Assembly: GCA_039799905.1 (NCBI GenBank)
Contig: JBDLRP010000042.1
Coordinates: forward strand, 32,001-96,000
Source: Pseudomonadota bacterium
Lineage (GTDB): Bacteria > Bdellovibrionota_B > Oligoflexia > Silvanigrellales > Silvanigrellaceae
Length of the DNA stretch: 64,000 nt
Reading direction: 5' to 3'
Shown here: in pieces, positions 58,307 through 64,000 of the stretch
How the letters are laid out: each line of letters opens with the position of its first letter
Position numbering within the stretch: the stretch's first letter is position 1
Position numbers and translations under genes: made by a program
Notes under the pieces: model-generated
What the model saw: the letters and a program-made list of their open reading frames with translations, nothing else
What the model was told of the DNA's origin: nothing
Database searches by the model: none

Positions 58307-58492
58307 TAGAAAATCTCAAGGAGCTAATAAAACTCAGTAATTTTAGATACAAAATTTGCGCTGCTCACGTCCCCTGCAGTGCAATTCCTGAGGAATAGAA
58401 AATGGCCCATTCATTTCGGCATGTAAAAGGTACCGTCTAAACATCCCAAGCTTATCTTCCGATACGTCTGAGTGTTTGCATTCGGGGGTGCC

Positions 58493-59326
58493 GTGAATCA
58501 CATTTTGCCATACGTGTCCGTGGCTGTTTTGTTGTTTCAAGGGTGCGAGAGCGCACCAACCTACAAAGCGACTTCAAAGCCACCCGTGACTAAATCTAAG
58601 GCTGGCGCCAACGCTGAGGCTATCGGGAGCGAAGGCGCCAGCGCGGCGCAGGAAGAAAACGTAGGACAAGCCCAGCCGCCGGGCGAAAATGCGACGCCTG
58701 AAGAACCCAAACCAGTTGCTCGTCCGTCATGTGACGACAAAACAACGGTGAAGAGCGACGTCATCAAGGTCTTGATTCCCAAAAATGATCCGCAAAATGG
58801 CGGAAAACAATGTCCTTTCGGAAAAGACGACAACAACGCGACGACCAACGGCGGCGGGAAATATACAGCTCGTATTGAACGACGTTTCGACATCGCGATC
58901 CCTGCCGACAGACAGGTCTGCACTCTTGAGGCCAGCAGCGCACAACAACAGATTGAGTACGACGACCATCTTTTCCTGAATCTCAACAACCATGTGTTGA
59001 TAGCAAGCCGCAGAATTCCGACCGACAAATTCAACAAGGCTGCAAACGGTTTTTACCTGTACGACTGGGCAAAAATCCGAGGAACACAGGCGGAAGGGCA
59101 ATCCAAATGCGCAGACGGCGTCACGTGTTCGATTCCAAACACGCAGACAACGGGCACCTTTTCCTTCAAGTTGAGTGAAGAAGCCAACAAGCGGATATTC
59201 GAGTCGCTTGCCGGACAACCACTGTATTTCAGCATGGTTCTGACCGGCGACGACAACCCGCCTGTCGATTGCTCCCAAATATACGATATTACTCTGGATG
59301 TTTCGTACACCTACATCCCCAAATAG
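58493..59326 (+). CDS. Hypothetical Cys-rich lipoprotein
   Basis: Lipobox FQGC, an Ala/Glu/Pro linker and a beta-rich domain with six further Cys. GTG 58493 follows GGGGG. Confidence 0.75.
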   Translation: MNHILPYVSVAVLLFQGCESAPTYKATSKPPVTKSKAGANAEAIGSEGASAAQEENVGQAQPPGENATPEEPKPVARPSCDDKTTVKSDVIKVLIPKNDPQNGGKQCPFGKDDNNATTNGGGKYTARIERRFDIAIPADRQVCTLEASSAQQQIEYDDHLFLNLNNHVLIASRRIPTDKFNKAANGFYLYDWAKIRGTQAEGQSKCADGVTCSIPNTQTTGTFSFKLSEEANKRIFESLAGQPLYFSMVLTGDDNPPVDCSQIYDITLDVSYTYIPK

Positions 59327-59405
59327 CGCTTGCTGAGGGTTGCAATTTCGATAAAACCCTCGGCTCAGGCAGCAATCCAGCTGCCCAAAGCCGACGGGAT
59401 TATTC

Positions 59406-62072
59406 ATGTCAGAGCAAAATCCAGATATTTCTGTTGAACGACGTGTTCCCGAGATCCTCGCCCCTGTCGGCGGACGAGAGCAATTCTTTGCTGCACTGAA
59501 CTCCGGTGCCGATGCAGTCTTCCTTGGCCTCAAGAACTTCAATGCGCGTGCACGCGCAGAAAACTTCACCTGCAACGATTTGCGCGAACTGGTTCCTCTG
59601 GCGCACAGACATGCGATGAAGGTTCTGGTGACAATGAACATCCTCATCAAAAACTGTGAATTGACTGATTTGGTCAATACGCTCGCTGAACTTGAGGATA
59701 TTGGTGTTGACGCAATCATCGTTCAGGATGTTGGTTTGGCGCGTCTCTGTCGGCAGTTCTTTCCGAATCTGCGTCTGCACGCGTCGACACAGCTGGCTGT
59801 TCACAACACAGATGGTGTTAGGGCAGCCATGGCGATGGGTTTCAAACGAGTTGTTCTTGCGCGCGAACTGACAGCTCTTGAAATCAAAAAGATCCGTGCT
59901 GCAATTCCGCTCGAAGATGTCGAGCTCGAAGCTTTTTGTCATGGAAGTCTTTGCTACTCATACAGCGGTTTATGCTTTTTCAGCGGTGCTGAAGACGCCC
60001 GCAGCGGAAATCGCGGTGAATGCGCGTATACGTGCCGCAAACCGTACAAGATTCTCAACGAGCCTGGACACGGTTTCCTCTTCAGCATGAAGGACCTCAA
60101 CACGGTCGAAAACCTCGGCCTGTTGCTGGACGCCGGAGTCGACACTCTTAAAATCGAAGGACGAAAAAAAGACGCCCAGTATGTGACAGGAGTCGTTGAA
60201 GCCTATCGCAACCAACTCAATAAACTCTTTGGCCGGCAAACTCTCAGGCCCGAGGCTCCTGCAATTGCACACGCCATGAGTTCTGAGGGAAGCAACAAAG
60301 ACGAAGCACTCCGCGAGCAGCTCAGCCTGACCTTTCACCGCAACGACACTTCCTTCTTTCTCAAGGGCCGCTATCACGAAAACGTCATCGACCTTGATAA
60401 TCCGACTCACAAAGGCCAGTTCGTCGGAACCGTCGAAAAGGTTGTCGGACGCAAGGTAACGGTGACCAGTGAATGCGCGCTCGAGCGTTTCGATGGTCTT
60501 CGCATCGACCCCAGCAACAAACTCTATCACTCGACGCCGCAGCATGGCTTACAAAGCAATTCGCAGTTGACGGATGTAAAATCGAGATACGATAACAAGG
60601 TCTGCCATTTTTCATTGCGGACTATGTGGCAGGACGGCCGTCTTACACCCACGAGCGAAGCAAGACGCACTGTGGAAATCGAAATCCCCGACGATCTGCA
60701 AATGCCAAGCGCAGGCGACCTCATATATCGGACGCGTTCTGATGCGTTGCGGCGTAAGGTCGAGAAACTGAGCGCACCACAAGGACAAGAGCGACTCAAG
60801 CCCAACACGAATGTCGAATTTAAAGTGGACTTTGAGACCAATGGCGAGCTTTTAAAAATTGGTGTTTCGGCAGTCAAACTCGAGAAGGTCATTTTCAAAA
60901 CATCTGCAGAATTCGCAGCCATCCGTCCGCAGGCGGGTTCTTCAAGCCTGTGTCACGACCTTGGAGACCTGCTCAAAACATTGGGCAATATCAACTTCGC
61001 TGCAGATAAAATTGATTTCATGGGCGACTCTGAGTGGTTTGTGCCGCGCAGCCGTCTTAAAGAGCTCAAACGTACTCTTGAAAGTCATCTGCCAACCGCT
61101 CACGCAAAATTCCTCAGTGAACGCCTTTCCGTTGCGGTTGAGCACATCGCCTCATTCAGCAGTTCGGGTCAGAGAGCACCTGCGCGATTGGGTTCAACCC
61201 TTTCACTGAAGATTGATCGCTGTGAATATTTACCATGGATCGAAGAACTGCTCGGTGGCAGCAGTCCGTCGCTGGGCAGCGAAAAAATAACCGTCGATGA
61301 ACTTGTGTTTGAACCAAAAAGAGCGTTTCTCAACGAGCTATCGCCCGCCAAGCTTGCGGAGACACTAAAGACATTTGCACAATTAAACGAAATCTCCATC
61401 CGGCTCGCCTTCCCAACCGTCTTGCGTGCATGGGACGAACCGCTGATGAAGCGCTGGACCGAGGAATTCTTCGCTGCCGGGCTCACTGCAGTTGAGATTG
61501 GCAACGTCGGCCATTTTTCGATGCTCGAACGTTGGAATCTTAAAGAAAAAGTAACCTCATTCTCTTCCGATTTCACTCTCTATTCGCTCAATCAGGCGGC
61601 TGCCGCAGAGTGGGCCGAGCGGGGGGTCGAGAGAATCACCCTGTCTGTTGAGGATGATTTCAAAAACATCTCTTCGCTGCTCTCTGGGTTTCCTTCAAGC
61701 GCGAGTGCGCAGGTCATTCTGTACAAAGATACACCCCTGTTCATCGCAGAAAGCTGCAGTCTGACTGCTCTACACAATGGCTGCCCGACGAACAAAGTCT
61801 GCGGATACCGGACACTTGAAATTCAGAACGATGAAGGTGAGATTTTCTACGTCGCACATGAATCCTGCAAATCCATTGTCTATGCAAAGAAGCCTTTTGC
61901 CCTGAGCCAGAAGCTTAATCTACTGAGAAACACAGGCGCGCAGCACTTCCGTGCTGATTTCCTCACCCGGCTCTATGACAAAGAATCGCTGCAGAAAATT
62001 GTCAAAGCACTTCTCACAGATGAAGCCATCGGAGAAACTCACAGCGCCAACTTCAACAGGACACTTTTGTGA
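59406..62072 (+). CDS. Large peptidase U32-family Fe-S hydroxylase (RlhA/TrhP-like)
   Basis: PEILAPVG, GADAVFLG, FNARARA, DAIIVQD, HASTQ, VVLAREL, E.FCHGSLCYSYSGLC, NRGECAYTCR, SMKDL and LKIEGR. A second degenerate U32-like barrel with its own Cys cluster is at the C-terminus. Confidence 0.88.
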   Translation: MSEQNPDISVERRVPEILAPVGGREQFFAALNSGADAVFLGLKNFNARARAENFTCNDLRELVPLAHRHAMKVLVTMNILIKNCELTDLVNTLAELEDIGVDAIIVQDVGLARLCRQFFPNLRLHASTQLAVHNTDGVRAAMAMGFKRVVLARELTALEIKKIRAAIPLEDVELEAFCHGSLCYSYSGLCFFSGAEDARSGNRGECAYTCRKPYKILNEPGHGFLFSMKDLNTVENLGLLLDAGVDTLKIEGRKKDAQYVTGVVEAYRNQLNKLFGRQTLRPEAPAIAHAMSSEGSNKDEALREQLSLTFHRNDTSFFLKGRYHENVIDLDNPTHKGQFVGTVEKVVGRKVTVTSECALERFDGLRIDPSNKLYHSTPQHGLQSNSQLTDVKSRYDNKVCHFSLRTMWQDGRLTPTSEARRTVEIEIPDDLQMPSAGDLIYRTRSDALRRKVEKLSAPQGQERLKPNTNVEFKVDFETNGELLKIGVSAVKLEKVIFKTSAEFAAIRPQAGSSSLCHDLGDLLKTLGNINFAADKIDFMGDSEWFVPRSRLKELKRTLESHLPTAHAKFLSERLSVAVEHIASFSSSGQRAPARLGSTLSLKIDRCEYLPWIEELLGGSSPSLGSEKITVDELVFEPKRAFLNELSPAKLAETLKTFAQLNEISIRLAFPTVLRAWDEPLMKRWTEEFFAAGLTAVEIGNVGHFSMLERWNLKEKVTSFSSDFTLYSLNQAAAAEWAERGVERITLSVEDDFKNISSLLSGFPSSASAQVILYKDTPLFIAESCSLTALHNGCPTNKVCGYRTLEIQNDEGEIFYVAHESCKSIVYAKKPFALSQKLNLLRNTGAQHFRADFLTRLYDKESLQKIVKALLTDEAIGETHSANFNRTLL

Positions 62073-62377
62073 AACCGGTGAGCGAGCGACTGCAATCACT
62101 TCGTCAGCGGGTTGATGAAACCGACGAGAAAATAGTTGAGCTCCTGCGCACAAGACTAGAACTTGTGCTGCAAATGGCCGACTGCAAAAATGCGGAGAAG
62201 CTTTCGCTGCGTGACACCCAACGTGAACAGGAGGTGTTGCGCCGCGTGGAGCTTCTCAACCAACGGCACCAGCCGACACTTCCGTCGGACCGGCTTGCTG
62301 AAATTTTTAAGACCGTGATGGGGCTGAGCCTCAGGGCACAGGAAGAGAGGAGTCAGTCCTCGGAGCGCAACCAGTAA
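62069..62377 (+). CDS. Stand-alone chorismate mutase (AroQ/CM type II)
   Basis: L..LRQRVDETDEKIVELL..R......ADCK......RDTQREQEVL...IFK..M.LS...QE. The GTG start overlaps the U32 stop (GTGA). Confidence 0.85.
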   Translation: MKPVSERLQSLRQRVDETDEKIVELLRTRLELVLQMADCKNAEKLSLRDTQREQEVLRRVELLNQRHQPTLPSDRLAEIFKTVMGLSLRAQEERSQSSERNQ

Positions 62378-62682
62378 TCCGCTGAAGTTGCAAACACACG
62401 CGCAAGCTTTTCGGCCAATTCGCGAGTCACACGCTGCCCGCCGCGGGCAATGGCCTGCGCCTCGCCGGCGGGTATTCCGACAGTCATTGCCAGGTCACGG
62501 TAAGTCCAACCTCTGCTCTCAAGTTCTCTCTGCAGCTTTGTCTGAACTGCGCTCGTATTGGGCTGCATTGAGTTTTGCTGGCGTAACGAAGGCGGACGCT
62601 TGCCCTTCAATTCGCGCTTGGCGAGTTCAATCAGCAGCTCCTCACTCAGGAACAAATCTTTCAAATCTTGCTGATCGCTCAT
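62353..62682 (-). CDS. XRE/HigA-like helix-turn-helix protein
   Basis: LQRELESRGWTYRDLA...I..G.QRVT.ELAEKLARVFATSADYWL, with an AAGGA SD. Confidence 0.8.
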   Translation of the reverse strand: MSDQQDLKDLFLSEELLIELAKRELKGKRPPSLRQQNSMQPNTSAVQTKLQRELESRGWTYRDLAMTVGIPAGEAQAIARGGQRVTRELAEKLARVFATSADYWLRSED

Positions 62683-62779
62683 CCTTCACTCCGCTCGAAC
62701 AGGTCGTCTGCCTTTTCAGAATTCACTTCGGGTTCTATCATTGAAAGATTGAGAGCCCAAACAACGGAGACCCCACGCC

Positions 62780-63388
62780 TTGCAGGTAGCCCGCACCGAC
62801 CGACAACTCGTCGTCCAAATTCTTTCAAAACTCCCGTGGTTTTCATTGGTTATTATACTCGGACAAATTTGCTTCTTCATGCTCGCTGCCTTTGCCGACG
62901 ACCGGTCGACGCTTTTCTCGCTGCAAACCGGAGATTCCTCTGGGGCGCTGGGCGGAGCCTTTGACCTGCGCGCTCCAATGCAAAATCTCGCCCTCAACGC
63001 AATAAGCAGCTTTTTTGTCCATGCGGATGCGACGCATTTGTACACAAATCTTGTGTTTGCGTTGTTAGTCCTGATTCCGCTCGAATTACGCTTTGGTAAG
63101 CTTATGACAGGTCTTGCGCTCTTGTCGGGGCATCTTTCCGGACTTCTGGGCGCTGCATTTGCCTTTTATTTTCTCTCACAGCCTCCCTTGGTTGCCGGAA
63201 TGAGCGGAGGACTGCTGGCGGCGGCCGTGCCAGTGCTCGCCACAAGAGGGAAGACGTTCGCGCTGATGTTTTTGGGTTTGCTCTGCATTGGTTGGATTGT
63301 TTTTTCTTGGCATTCATTTGCCAGCCATGCCCTCCCAATTGCGGCAGGCTGGCTGTTGAACAACACAAAACTCAACGGCAAGAATTGA
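62780..63388 (+). CDS. Rhomboid-family intramembrane serine protease
   Basis: S.FVHAD..HL..N, LE...G, catalytic GMSG and SH in the last TM helix. Confidence 0.8.
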   Translation: MQVARTDRQLVVQILSKLPWFSLVIILGQICFFMLAAFADDRSTLFSLQTGDSSGALGGAFDLRAPMQNLALNAISSFFVHADATHLYTNLVFALLVLIPLELRFGKLMTGLALLSGHLSGLLGAAFAFYFLSQPPLVAGMSGGLLAAAVPVLATRGKTFALMFLGLLCIGWIVFSWHSFASHALPIAAGWLLNNTKLNGKN

Positions 63389-64000
63389 CGGGTTGCGCCG
63401 GCGCATCCTCATTGGGCTCCGGCAATGGTGTTATGCTCGCTCCGCCGGAGGTCGGTTCACCATCGACGGTCGACAAAACCGCGACGGGATATCCCGAAAA
63501 AACATTCAAAACCGTGCCGCTGTCACCCTTTTCAAACGCAAACTTGTGAACCGCTGGATCGTAGTCAAAAATAAACCCACCACTGAATGAAGCCGAAGAC
63601 AAATTGTTTCTTGAATTGTTCCCGTCGAGTTTTTGGACAACCACCTGCCCAAGCGAACGGTTGTCTTTGTCGGCGGAAACAATCTTGAAGTAATCAGGAA
63701 ACACCATTCCGCGTTTTTCAGTTTCACTCAGTGCTGAAAAGCTCTGTTCACCATCGCGAATCCATTTGTCGAAAAACGAACGCGCAAGCGCTCCGCTCTG
63801 ACAGGCCGTAAATTCATTCGGAATGCTGTTGGCAGTCCGTCGGCATCCCAAATAGCGTTCACGCAGTATGCTCAGCGATGTTGTGGCATCAAGGCGAATG
63901 GATTTGAGCTGTTCATACTCGACGGGACCAGTCGCAAAGTCAAAGAATTTTTCACGGACTTCCGAGCTCAACTGACACAAAGCCCTGGTGTCTGGTTCAC
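63372..64000 (-). CDS. C-terminal part of a probable trypsin-like serine protease, start beyond the right edge
   Basis: The frame is open to the window edge (EPDTRALCQ...). It contains FEKGDSGT followed by PVAVLST. The His and Asp motifs are not visible. Confidence 0.6.
   Translation of the reverse strand, partial: EPDTRALCQLSSEVREKFFDFATGPVEYEQLKSIRLDATTSLSILRERYLGCRRTANSIPNEFTACQSGALARSFFDKWIRDGEQSFSALSETEKRGMVFPDYFKIVSADKDNRSLGQVVVQKLDGNNSRNNLSSASFSGGFIFDYDPAVHKFAFEKGDSGTVLNVFSGYPVAVLSTVDGEPTSGGASITPLPEPNEDAPAQPVNSCR

Noticed and set aside
58233..58352. ORF-track N-terminal extension of paralog A
   Set aside because: Absent from paralog B, it would bury the signal peptide, and it covers the promoter-like motif.

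Overview
A gene-dense bacterial chromosomal window with about 35 CDS and no rRNA, tRNA, CRISPR array, transposase or integrase that I could recognise. The many lipoproteins, secreted trypsin-like proteases and sigma28-like motifs suggest a Bdellovibrionota/Oligoflexia-type organism, which is an inference. Housekeeping genes include nagZ, glpK, khpA, an mscS-family gene, dedA, gltX, ppc, miaA-mutL, fadD and a divergent addB-addA pair. Four things stand out. (1) Two tandem paralogous lipoproteins of about 2,080 aa, each built from a ~1,300-residue coiled-coil stalk with IxxN layers, a Cys-containing tip that varies between the copies, and a C-terminal FrpC-type self-processing-module (SPM)-like domain with Ser-Pro where FrpC has Asp-Pro. 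Accessory lipoproteins flank them and each has its own sigma28-like promoter, making this a candidate new surface-fibre system. (2) A large two-domain U32 Fe-S hydroxylase translationally coupled to a stand-alone chorismate mutase, which makes prephenate. (3) An exact 19-bp direct repeat bracketing ppc. (4) A cluster of three uncharacterised envelope proteins sharing a FlgT-C-like motif. Family assignments come from motifs recognised by eye, and no searches were run.
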